Made by a program: the position numbers and the translations under genes. From Carpediemonas membranifera BICM (taxonomy: Eukaryota > Protista > Fornicata), in contig JAHDYR010000037.1 of assembly GCA_019828565.1 (NCBI GenBank), positions 1 through 64,000 of the forward strand: DNA of 64,000 nt, in the 5' to 3' direction. This document shows positions 34,801 through 44,501 of this stretch, piece by piece; positions within the stretch are counted from its first letter, which is position 1, and each line of letters starts with the position of its first letter. Under the pieces are notes generated by a model. The model worked only from the letters and a program-made list of their open reading frames with translations, did not search any database and was not told the origin of the DNA.

Positions 34801-36651
34801 ACGTTTACTCTCGAACATGTCGCTGGCGAGGCTAACACGGTAGCAGACGCCCTATCTCGTGTCCTCCCCGACCTCAACGTCGACACTGTCTACGCTGTGC
34901 ACGTGAACGGGAGAGGCGAGGACTTCGTCATGATCGACCCACAAGCTGAGCTCACCAAGGTGCACAACACCGCGGTTGGTCATGTGGGCCCCCCCGAGAT
35001 GATACGCCGTCTGCGAAAGGCGGGCGTCCAGTGGCCCGGCATGTGGGAGGATGCCCGAGCTTTCTTCACAACGTGCACCGAGTGCCAGCGTGTCCGCCCA
35101 GGCCAGCGCTTGCCGGTCCCCCAACACCCAGACCTGCGGACAATACCCTTCCAGTCCGTCCAGGTCGACACCCTGGGCCCGTTTGCCCAGGACGAACACG
35201 GCCAGAAGTACGTCGTCGTGATCGTAGACGCGTTCTCTCGACACGTTTCTCTATTCCCGACGCACACTACGTCAGCAAAAGACGCCGCCGACGCAATCTA
35301 CAAGTTCTGCGCCGCGTTCGGCGTGCCGGAGTTCATACAGACGGACCAAGGCTCGCAGTACAAGAACAGTTTAATCGAAGAGCTCACAAGAAGCCTCACG
35401 ATCGAACACCGCTTCTCTACGCCGTACCACCCCCAAGCAAACGGAAAGGTCGAACGCATGAATGCTGAGATCGCCCGTCACATGAGGACGCTCGTAGATG
35501 AACACGAAGCCGCTTGGAGCGACATGCTCCCGCAAGTGGCCCTCATACTCAACTCGCGAGTACACCCCGTGACCCATCAGTCCCCGTTGACCCTCCTCTT
35601 TGGTCACGACGGCTTCCACAAGGATACTCAGAGTCGGGAGGAGCGCTACACACGAGCCAGGAACTCTGTCTCCCGCGACCATGCCAAGAAGCTCGGCCGT
35701 GTTGCGTCCACGACCTACCGAGCTTATACCAGCGGGAGCCTCGTACTGCTGGCCCCCATCAAGCCGATGAAGCTGGCCATGAAGTGGCGCGGCCCGTTCC
35801 GCGTCATACAGGAGGGGAAGGTCAAGGGATCGGTCATCATTCAGTCCCTCACCGACGACGCCGACCAGTTCACCGTCGCGTCAGAGCGCCTCCGGCCTTT
35901 CCACCGCCGCCGAGGCCAGTCACTCGCAGAACTTCGGGCACTCGTAGCCCGCCAAGACCGTGAGTTCGAGGTCGAGTCCGTCAAGGACCTCGACATGAAG
36001 GGTCGCCGTCTCCGTGTCCGCTGGAAGGGTTATGAGCCCGAGGAGGACTCCTGGATCCCGCTAAACCAGGAGAACTACCGCCTGCAAGCCCTGGACGCCT
36101 ATCTACTGGATCACCCGACGGCTGTGGCACCCCTCGAGGCGCTGGCTCGTCGTCGCCGCTGGCGATGATGATCCCCATCTGATCGGGACCTTAGCACGTC
36201 CTAAACTATAAACTGCTGTCTGAGAAGCTTGATGTTGCTTAATTGAGACTAATGGACCGCTTGCGAGGAAGAATCCCGTCGAAGATCCGAAGCTTTCGTG
36301 AAAGTTCTCGTATCTCGCCAACGAGGGCCTATTGAGGCCAATGGAGGTCATTTTCAGCACCTAGGAGCTCTTTAGCTCAATAACCTCCTTCAATGGAGTT
36401 GTTCGTCTTCACGCTCAACTATCTAATCAAACCATCGCATTTGATGGGTTTCGGATGAAATATCATAGACCAGTCCTCGCCGCCGCGCCCGTTACTCGTG
36501 GTCGTTACCACTGGGAGGGAAGTGTCAGCGCGGCACTTCTATCAAATATTTATTTGATTGATGATCCGATCCGATCCCCGGGCAGGGTCCCGAATCGTCT
36601 TTTTGTTTTGCTTGTAAAGCTTCACCCCCCGTTTCGTCTGCGAAACGAACA
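31829..36651 (+). mobile_element. Intact Ty3/Gypsy chromovirus (family G1), identical 129-bp LTRs, 4-bp TSD GAAG
   Basis: LTRs TGTCAG…GAACA at 31829-31957 and 36523-36651; PPT GGGAGGGAAG; empty site visible at 26991-27000. Confidence 0.95.
31975..36168 (+). CDS. Gag-Pol polyprotein (PR, RT, RNase H, integrase, chromodomain)
   Basis: IIDTGAS, YLDDVLI, LFTDAS, HHCC and DDE integrase (QTDQGSQY, ANGKVER), chromodomain EFEVESV…VRWKGY…DSWIP. Confidence 0.95.
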   Translation: MQNVPVPVPKLALQELSPKTWANFKRTMIQFKIFYPAATYAAFLDAELQGALEVQHNVSLASQSDDDVIRWVNQLLAPRDPQDLRLRLEAVKCQVDANHAVSRANLIRAYARAFTDVLGSAEFMATPPATPEADESILAGNTDGTEPEPPADTTVPAASEITSASRAHQRIFAQGLRPAAFRDAVDYAQRVERPSSLQDLIQLTLKIADEDAEAREKAQRFGYYAGRGHAPTGPQRQGPITPYRPKPLTGPNPGRQDQPRNNPDQRRQTFAQPRESPGNFRAPDYRAGRRAWNRENGSLRPARGNTARQSAPRVVNTLDNGEQVEDHEVFLLDGDTSASTGPLTVEAAIGDISMRAIIDTGASVTCITEPLAHMLLEAKSAKLVAREPITATPAFGSTLSVDEFIETSLTATLVGSPVHTTIIAAVIPGQSQKVLIGTDTLRSLGVLCKDELFLKLSAQPDNPKDDDIPLPVFSIAPATEDPLSLIQIPNDDLRPEIVELVNQYAELFSDIPPEGANVPPMHIPIAEDAPLVQSAPRRLAPQARDAVDAECERLLQAGIIEPSQGPWASPIVVVGKKDGRMRLCVDYTQINRLTPPDNFPLPNIREFLRAAAGCTVFASLDLKQGYHQAPLREEDRPLSAFVTPDGYFQYRRVPFGLTRAPSYFQRIMQTVLAPVLHRGVEVYLDDVLIYARSPKEFMTILGCVFELLRKARLRLGAAKCTLGASEITSVGFIMDKQGIRVTEDRIKALTELRSPCNLKELRMVLGKFNYVARHLPQAQKHLATLSELLAGVPAKAGSKNRSKTVTITWEARHEHALTCLKEQVRSRVTLAYPDLSKEWHLFTDASTQGVGGVLIQGRPDAPDAEVVAFFAKSFTTTQKAWSTYEQELYGILHALSSSELTPLLKCHPKLHVHTDHRNLVFIRKKYPQNAKIARWRITMNEFTFTLEHVAGEANTVADALSRVLPDLNVDTVYAVHVNGRGEDFVMIDPQAELTKVHNTAVGHVGPPEMIRRLRKAGVQWPGMWEDARAFFTTCTECQRVRPGQRLPVPQHPDLRTIPFQSVQVDTLGPFAQDEHGQKYVVVIVDAFSRHVSLFPTHTTSAKDAADAIYKFCAAFGVPEFIQTDQGSQYKNSLIEELTRSLTIEHRFSTPYHPQANGKVERMNAEIARHMRTLVDEHEAAWSDMLPQVALILNSRVHPVTHQSPLTLLFGHDGFHKDTQSREERYTRARNSVSRDHAKKLGRVASTTYRAYTSGSLVLLAPIKPMKLAMKWRGPFRVIQEGKVKGSVIIQSLTDDADQFTVASERLRPFHRRRGQSLAELRALVARQDREFEVESVKDLDMKGRRLRVRWKGYEPEEDSWIPLNQENYRLQALDAYLLDHPTAVAPLEALARRRRWR

Positions 36652-37992
36652 GAAGGCCGAGAATGACATAATATATAGAGAAGAGTTGCCCATTGGTTGC
36701 CAGACGGGGGGCTCCGGTCGCTCCTCCGGCTTCGTTCGGCTTCGCTTCGCTCGTCGCTACGCTCCTCCCGCCCTCCGCTACGCTACGCCTCTCTACGCCT
36801 CCGTCACTCCCTCTGCCCCCCTGCGACCCCCCGCGGACTCCGCTTCCGTCATCAAGAGTGTGTTCGGCCACATATTGGTTTTGACCTCACCTGCTGTACG
36901 CCGGACTCGAACCCAGTCCTCGCGAATCAAAATTCAGTTCTCGTCCGCCGGGCATTTGCGATCGAAACGAAAGTCCATTCCCCAGAGATACAGGCCCGCA
37001 AACGCGATTCGCGATACTCATTTCACTTAAAGCCAAAAAAAAATCCATTTTTCAATTACGCGCGAACTAAGCTCGAATAAGAACCGCCCGTCAAATGCAA
37101 GGTAGCTATGGCTATGGCACTTAGATAGCCAGAGTTTCAGCCCGATCGGTCGAATTCGCACTTTTAGTGCAAGCCAAAAAGTGCCACTCAATTCCCCAGC
37201 CGTCCACCGATCGCCCACAACGACAGTGGTATCACACTCCCCAAAGACTCTAGCATGCATGCTATATGCCCGCTTTCATCGGGCTACCTCCGGTATATGC
37301 GGACTCGAACCTCGGAACATGGTATGATTCCGTTTTGAATTTAAGCACACCCAGGAATTTAGCGAAATATCTAAGTGGCGTGGGAGGTCCCAGGTAACCA
37401 CTGATCAAGACCGGGCAGTGCTGGAGCTCTAGCTCAACTGGAAGATATAGCACTGGGGTCAAAGTTCTCGCGTACTGACCTTTTTTGGGCACCCCAGATC
37501 TCTAGATTCGGAAGATCGAATCTCGGGTCCGATGATGGCGATCATACTGGCCCGGCCGGTAGGTAAGGGGCAGGTGTAGAGCGTAGTGTCAGAGTGCACA
37601 CAGCGGTCAGGGACCAGCGTTGAAAAAAAGTCCACTTATATATATACTGTTTACCTTTACAGTGAATCTACCTGTTAGATTTTCTGTTATTGTCCATTTT
37701 ATCGTTTCGTCTTAACCTGCACGGCGAAATGCTCAAACCAGGCAAGGAGTCAGAGCCAGAGCTTCTTTCCATGCTCTAAGTACATCATATGGACTCTCAA
37801 GAAGACCTTCGTTTATCTCTAAATAGCTTAAATTTAATGAATACTTCATTTCTGAGCAAGAAATTGTAGATTATCTAGCGTTTTGAGGTCGAAGATAATC
37901 TAGGGTTTAGCAAAGATAATCTAGGGATGTTGACAGCATGAAACAAGCGAGGAAAGAGCAAGTTCACCTCAGTCGGCCAACCAAATCCACAG

Positions 37993-39318
37993 GTGTCCCT
38001 TGAGACGTTCAAGTCCCGTTGTAACTTTGTTGCGCGCACCGAAGTCGACCACATCGACATCCGGTCCTATGCCACCAGGGCAGACGCGCGCCTGAAAGCG
38101 AGCCCGATCATTCCGCCAGATGTCAAGATCACAGACTTCGTTGAGCTTAAGCTTCTCATGGACGGGTCTAACGCTATGCAGGACGAAATGTCCCTCCCAG
38201 ACGGCACTAAGGGCATCAGACCGAAGTCTCGCACTTTCGTTAACGGACGAGAAGAAAACACGAAGGCACCATGGTATGTTTCCACCACTGACGACAGGTA
38301 CAGGATCATCGGCGAGACTGTCAGCGACTCATTGCCGATAGAGCCGCCGCAAGCACGATTCATGTGGGTTGATAGCGAGTCGGAACCCGAGTCGCCCACC
38401 CAAGACGTCACAGCTTCACTGATTGTCCCAACCAGCCCTGACACGCCCGAGCCAGAGCATCATTCACAGACAACTGCCCCACAAGATAAGCTTCTGCAAC
38501 CCACCTCCACATGTGGGCGAAGATCTTCAAGGCGGACAATCATCGTCGACGACGACGAGGAGGAATTCGCAGAACCAGCAAAGCTGTCATACAAGCAACC
38601 GAGTAAGCGATCATCTACACGCTCTGGGACACGTTGGTCTAACCGACTAGTCACCGACGAGTCAGGAACGCGAGACATTGTCCCATGGAACATGAGGATC
38701 ATTGAGTCAGCCCCAGACGGCGACTGTGCCATCCACTCGGTCAAGCAAGTATCAAAGGCATGGGGAAGTCTCTCCACTTCCCTCGTCCGTCTGCTAGTTG
38801 CGAGATTAATCGAGGAGAATCCTCATATGTGTCCACGTGCGTGGAACAAGGCCGATAGAGACGATATGCTCGCTCGTGCACGCGACGGTAGGTTTCTGAA
38901 CGATGGAATCGTCTGGCGCGCACTGATGCACGAGATGACCGAGGAATCGTCGTCCAGATTATATCAGTACACTCCAGTACTGGACGACGATCACGGTCCG
39001 AAGGCGCTATCAGTGACTGAGTACACATTTGAGAGACAAGGTCCGCTAAGAATCTCGAACACCGGCGTTGTGACCGGAGTATTCGCTCCGGGTACATATT
39101 TCCGAAGCCAACACTACGACTTCTGCAGGCCCATCCGCGACCAAGGTCGACAGGCATTTAGAGAGAATGACCCCATCAGAGCGATTGAGATAGATGCGCC
39201 GCCACCAGCCCAGCCAAGAAGGTCTTCTCGCACAAGCAAGCAGGTCACCAAACCCATGGAACCCCCCACCAAAGCCGCGCAGAGGACGCCCACGGAAGGC
39301 ACCCGCATCGCCAGTTGA
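37993..39318 (+). CDS. OTU-like cysteine protease domain protein (start uncertain; basic tail may continue by frameshift into 39315-39509)
   Basis: ESAPDGDCAIHSV…QHYD resembles the OTU Cys and His boxes and aligns by eye with the C-termini of the two helicase ORFs. Confidence 0.65.
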   Translation: MSLETFKSRCNFVARTEVDHIDIRSYATRADARLKASPIIPPDVKITDFVELKLLMDGSNAMQDEMSLPDGTKGIRPKSRTFVNGREENTKAPWYVSTTDDRYRIIGETVSDSLPIEPPQARFMWVDSESEPESPTQDVTASLIVPTSPDTPEPEHHSQTTAPQDKLLQPTSTCGRRSSRRTIIVDDDEEEFAEPAKLSYKQPSKRSSTRSGTRWSNRLVTDESGTRDIVPWNMRIIESAPDGDCAIHSVKQVSKAWGSLSTSLVRLLVARLIEENPHMCPRAWNKADRDDMLARARDGRFLNDGIVWRALMHEMTEESSSRLYQYTPVLDDDHGPKALSVTEYTFERQGPLRISNTGVVTGVFAPGTYFRSQHYDFCRPIRDQGRQAFRENDPIRAIEIDAPPPAQPRRSSRTSKQVTKPMEPPTKAAQRTPTEGTRIAS

Positions 39319-39563
39319 AGTCGACCCAGCATTGGACTCCGGATACCGCATGGAGCACGCGTAGAAGAGGTAAGAAGAAGAAGCCAGCAACCAAGACGCC
39401 ACCCAAACACAATACACCGACGGCTGAAAAGTCGTTTGACGCTCGACGCCCTCACAAGGACTCCCCACCGAACAAGTCAACACGGACCAAGCGTGCGAAA
39501 TCGGATTAATGTTAAATACATACGGTTCAAGTAAAGCTCTGCGAATGCGATCACACGCCTATA

Positions 39564-39929
39564 ATGGAACAAAGTGTCCAGCATTGCAAACGACATCATA
39601 CGCAACTTTCTCCACTCGATTCGAGAAGCACAAATACGATGGGACAGCATCAGCCTATCGCAAAACGGCCTCGTGGCCGTCCTAAAAAGCAAGCATTACC
39701 TGAAATCCCACCTGATGTTGGAACACAAACAGTTCCGACAGAACACGTTCCAATACGAGAAAGACGGCGCACATTGGCCACGAAATATAACAAGATCACG
39801 CTTATCCCCGACACTTCCTCAAGCGCTTTCAAGCCACCAACCACGATCATCCCGAAGCCCCCCAAACCAACGCCACGCAAGGAAACCGACTCGGAGCCCG
39901 TCGAACTGAGCATAAAACTCGAGCAATAG
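39564..39929 (+). CDS. Small basic AT-hook protein
   Basis: KRPRGRPKK AT-hook core; the C-terminus is also present at ~28321-28398. Confidence 0.45.
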   Translation: MEQSVQHCKRHHTQLSPLDSRSTNTMGQHQPIAKRPRGRPKKQALPEIPPDVGTQTVPTEHVPIRERRRTLATKYNKITLIPDTSSSAFKPPTTIIPKPPKPTPRKETDSEPVELSIKLEQ

Positions 39930-40733
39930 AACGCAGCCAATCGCCGCACGTAATCGCGCCTCCTTATCATTTCGGGGGGGCTCCGGTCGCTCCTCCGGCT
40001 TCGTTCGGCTTCGCTCCGCTCCGGGCGCTCGTCGCTACGCTCCTCCCGCCCTCCGCTACGCTACGCCTCTCTACGCCTCCGTCACTCTCTCTGCCCCCCT
40101 GCGACCCCCCGCGGACCTCCCAGCCACACACAACCAGTCACTCACCTTCAAAGCAGCATAAATACTCACCGTCGTCTCATTTCGTCATCGCACTTTATGG
40201 CTTCCCAAGCAGAACTCACAATGCATCATCTGACCAAGCATAGTATGACGCCATAACGCGTTCCAGCATCATAACGTAGCATTTCGTGATCATGACGTTC
40301 ATTTCAGATGAAGTCGTCATTTTTCAGAATTGCACTATCGATTACTCGATGGCCATAACTCGGATCGAAAAACGAAATAGCAAACCTTCATCTACATCTA
40401 AAACTACGTCGTTCTATACCTACACATTCTTTCCATCATTCGTTTGAGAGGGTTTTTTTGGTGTCAAAAAATCTTGTATTTAGCGAAAATTTAGTAGCTG
40501 CCTCGACCGCACCCTATGCCACTAAGAAGCGTGGCCAGTTGCTAAGAGAACGCATGGCCCAGTCCCGAGTTCTGCGCCCCCGACCATGAGCTTCCCGACA
40601 CCCACACCCAACCCGTCGTTAATTAATTTTCGCCATCAACCCCCGCCATCAAGCTCACATAGGTTGGTGCATGCGTGTATGAGCCGGCTTGCGCTAGTCT
40701 CCTCCACGTCGTCTGGTCGGGTATACCCCGGAG

Positions 40734-43510
40734 TGTGGTGAACGTAGGATTCACAGGGGAGCTGAACTGATTTATAAACTGCACTGACTTGATCACTACA
40801 CTGCCCCCACGGCCCGGAGCCAAAGGTGAGGACAGGACATGATAATGAAGAGAGAGTCAGGGCAAAACCGAAGCGGACCGTGACTTGGAGGTTGGTGTGC
40901 CACGTGCTTTTGGTCAATAGTGAAGTCGAACGTCGTTGCTGAGAACGCTGATGTCGAACAAAGATGGGGAATGTAAGAGTGTCGAGATGTGGTCAGGAAG
41001 AGCGTGGACGTTGGCAAGGCCGATCGTCAGGTGCGCCAAAGCGGCATGCACCTGACAGCCCTGCCCCCACGGCCCGAATCTCGAGGGTCGTACTTCTAAT
41101 AGGAAGGATGCATGACGCCGCTGATGTTGTAGCGTCGGTACTGGTGTGGCTACATGAGTCGCGTCTGTCGTCGAGACTTTGTCGCGTGTTAGTATGCCGG
41201 GAGCGTGGGCTGATATATACCCACAGCATGATAGGTGGCATTGGTACCGGGTGAGGTGAGAGGAGAAGTTGCCGCCCGTCACGAGGAAAAGATGCCGAAG
41301 GTTGGCTACGCTAGAGTTGATTGATGACGTCGAGTCACTTGCAAAAACGAGTCTAGCGATGGGTGGTGAGCTAGGTGCGAGAGCTATGGAGAGGGCTCCT
41401 GGCCCAGTTAAGACTTGTCAGCCGGCACCATAAGGGAAGAGCGCTCGTGGAGGGACGTACTGTCGACCGACCCGACGTTTGAACCTGATCTGGGGCTCAG
41501 TGTCGAAGCTGGTCTGGTCAAGAGACATGTTGTCAAGCCTTCGCAAGAGTGAAGCTCGGGTCTTGGGCACGGATGTAGCGCGCGGCCAAGAGCTGAAGGG
41601 GCGCGAGGAACCGGGGCGTATTGTCGCCAGCGTGCAGCTGTCTGTGTTGCGATGTCACCCAGTTGTTGCGCGATAGATGACCCGGCTGGACCCGCGCGGT
41701 GTAGACTCGGCTCATGAAGAGCGCTACTGGGAGTCGTACGCGACAGAGGTCAGTGGGCGCGGTCGGCTGATGTATGCCGAGGCTGCTGATTTCACGGATG
41801 GTCGCCGGGACCGTAACCCGAGGTAAAAGCAAGCCAGTGATAATAGAGAAGGAACGTGCGGACTGTCCAAGAGCAGGCGGTTGACTGCCGCGTGTCGTCG
41901 AGACACATGAGCGTACAGTGTATAGATGCTGCCAAGATATAGGAGCGCTATGTCGCACATGTATGTTCTAAGGAAGCCGCTGAGGCCGCCGTAAGGTTGC
42001 TGTGTCCGCGGATAGCCGTTCAGACTATTGCTCCACGGGGTACAACGGTGGGGTGTCCTGATGTAAGGAGCAGAGGAGTACCGAATGTGTCATGGTGGTT
42101 GCACCCAGCCGTACAGGCTGCTGAAAGTTGAGCTTGGTACTCTGAGGATGTATAGGCAGGAGCTGTCCTGACGTCGAGTCAGTGTCGTGACGTCCTAGCC
42201 TTTGTGAACGTTGGGTGAAGTTATAGAGGCGGATCTGCGACGAGCAGGCCTCAAAACCCAGTCGTTCGTGTGAAATTGTGGCCTGGATATGGAGATATGG
42301 AAAATATCTCGACAGATATGATAGATCTGGAAGTTCGAGCATGTATGTTGTGACGCTGGGCTATCCCGGCTTACTCTGGAGAAAGATATAAAAAGGCGAA
42401 TCTAGATGCCGATGAATCTAGTTGGCGGAGATATAGTGCCGATCAGTCATAAAGAGTGGGTGTGCCCGAACGCTGCTGGGACTGGAGCGTCCGTGGGGCC
42501 CATGAATAACTTGAGGGTCAATTGAATGACTCACTCAGATGAGACCTCTAACCCATGGTCAGGGTCGCGGGCGTGGACGTGAACCAGTTGGTGAAGCCGC
42601 AGCTTGATCGTCTGGCTCGGTAATGGTGGAATAACTCGTCGAAGGCGAAAAGTAGAAATTACCGTGCGTGTGGAGTAGCGGAGCGCGGAAGACGGAAGAA
42701 AGCGCTGAGGAATGCACGAACTAATTAAATGGAACCCGAATTGCGCAGGTATTCGCTAAGGGATACTGGCTGAAGGGAAAAAGACTGAAGAAGTCTATCT
42801 TTGAGGAAACCGAGCTGGAAAATAGCTCCAAGGAGACAGAACTTGCTTCTGTAATGCTCCCAAAGCGTCGCTGCATACTTATTGGCAATCGTAGGGAAGT
42901 ATCAGCAATTGTAGGTGCGGCGCTAGGTGCTCTGACCTAAAACTGCGGAAAAGTAGACACGGTCCGACAGTCAAGGAGTGGGTCGTATGAGGTGTGTGCT
43001 ACCGCATTGCTGACGAATTTCGGTCGGATGGACCGGTCTCCGAGGTGAATGTGGCGTGGAAGCCTTGGCCGTTGATTCTCAGGATGTAGCCATGGAAGAC
43101 TTGCCTCTGTAAGCCTAGACTAGTGTGTGCGGCCATTCTGATGATGATGGTATGAGGACTTAGTGGTTCGGAGACGATACGGACTCGTTGTGCAACAAGG
43201 AATTCTGAACAGCTGCTTCTGCCGAATTACAGTAGCATCGTTGATGCTAGCCCAATAGGCCTTGTCAGTTACCTACAACGAGGCATCTAGTTGTGTTCAA
43301 GTTGCAATTGGACACTTCTAGACGGGAAATTTCCGCAAACGCAATTAGAACGGCAGATACGTGTGATTTCCTATCCAAATTCCGTAAGAAAGCTCTACGT
43401 CAGTTGTTAACCCCTGAACACGCGCGCTTAGGAGTAATATTACTGTGGTGAACGTAGGATTCACAGGGGAGCTGAACTGATTTATAAACTGCACTGACTT
43501 GATCACTACA
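40734..43510 (-). mobile_element. Non-autonomous or degenerate LTR retroelement (family G4), identical 67-bp LTRs, 5-bp TSD CGGAG
   Basis: TGTGGTG…ACTACA at 40734-40800 and 43444-43510; minus-strand PPT GTGGGGGCAG next to the left LTR; no long internal ORF; empty site CCCCGGAGTATGAC at ~29190. Confidence 0.9.
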
Positions 43511-43859
43511 CGGAGTATGACTCTTACCGACTGTCATAAATAACGGAGATTTAAGAATTATAAAAAGTTAGCTCGGAATTGATATGTCGAAGGGTAGGGA
43601 CATATCGTGGTGTATTTGCGTGGCTCTGCGTACTCTCCTCGTCGCGTGAGTCGCCCAAGGAGGTCGGGCAGACCCCCCAAAACGGCTACTCAGAACTTTA
43701 CGACGAATAGAGATAGCCCAGGTCTGACAAATGACTCCGGGGGGTAGTCGGGGGTAAGTAAGGAGAATCTGGAATTACATCTGATATCCACTAAATATTC
43801 GGCGAGATATGAAGGTCGAGTCGAAATGTTCACTTGCTGTATAGTTAATTACTTACCTT

Positions 43860-44162
43860 CCGCAGGTTAAGGGCACATCGCCTTGGACGAGATCTCCGTC
43901 CAGTATCCTTCGCCCTCTCGGGTCCATCAGCAGCCGGATGTCGCGCATCCTCCATTTCATATCTGCCATATCTCTTTGATCTCTCGCAGACCGCTTACAG
44001 TATACCTTGTCTCGATTATTACACTCCCGACTTCCAGTTTCCAGTACAGGCGTTGAGCGTGGGGGCAGTGTAGTGGTCCAAGACCCATCAAAAGATTATC
44101 GTGCAGTTTATGTAAACAGTCCATTGCTCTTCTTCCCATCCTGACCTGTGGGGACTATCACA
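43860..44162 (+). mobile_element. Broken 3' remnant of a G4-related LTR element (PPT + LTR)
   Basis: GTGGGGGCAG-TGTAGTG at 44059-44075 and GTGCAGTTTAT resemble the G4 PPT and LTR; the left side is cut at the array junction. Confidence 0.5.
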
Positions 44163-44501
44163 CTACTCGACACAATTGTGTCGAGTCTTCTTCTTTATAA
44201 ACTGTTCTCTTAAGCCATACAGGCCACACAATGAGTTGGGACGGTATCACCGGGAGATTGGCTTAATCGTTAGTGCTACCCAGGCACTAGCGATCTAGGA
44301 GATGTGCCGGCTGTAGCTCTTCAGCTCGGTGTATGGCGGAATTCAAAAATCACATTTTCAGAACTCAATCAGTTGATGCATTTAGGGGGATTCCGCACCT
44401 GTGCATATAGTCCACTAGGAGCGCTAACGATTCAGCCAGAAATTAGTCCAGAGCATCCCAACTCACCATCCTGCTTCAAACCCCGATATTGTCTAAGATC
44501 T

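Larger units (their letters stand above)
31182..37654 (+). mobile_element. Non-autonomous family-C derivative (captured repeats + last codons of Rep-Hel + 3' region), interrupted by a Gypsy element
   Basis: AAGATCATCAAGGCTGAAGGAGAAG (31804-31828) and 36656-37654 match ~26973-28008. Confidence 0.85.
37661..43852 (+). mobile_element. Family-D unit (OTU ORF + AT-hook ORF + GC module + 3' region), interrupted by an LTR element; most proximal unit of the chain
   Basis: Shares its 3' region with ~28321-29534; ends ...GTTAATTAC. Confidence 0.8.
1..43859 (+). mobile_element. Polarized head-to-tail array of Helitron2/Helentron-like elements and derivatives (three right-end families: A, C, D)
   Basis: Unit right ends at 1473, 3218, 8391, 11421, 17838, 22083 (family A, ...TACCTTACCATAACTTAC; the 1473 copy lacks the last C), 28008 and 37654 (family C, ...ATACTGTTTAC), 29534, 30354, 31174 and 43852 (family D, ...GTATAGTTAATTAC). 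All are co-oriented; left ends are truncated at variable positions; element ORFs are on the + strand. Confidence 0.85.

Noticed and set aside
1-43859. Canonical Helitron termini (5'-TC…CTRR-3' in an AT target)
   Set aside because: Right ends are TTAC and no conserved left end is present in the window.
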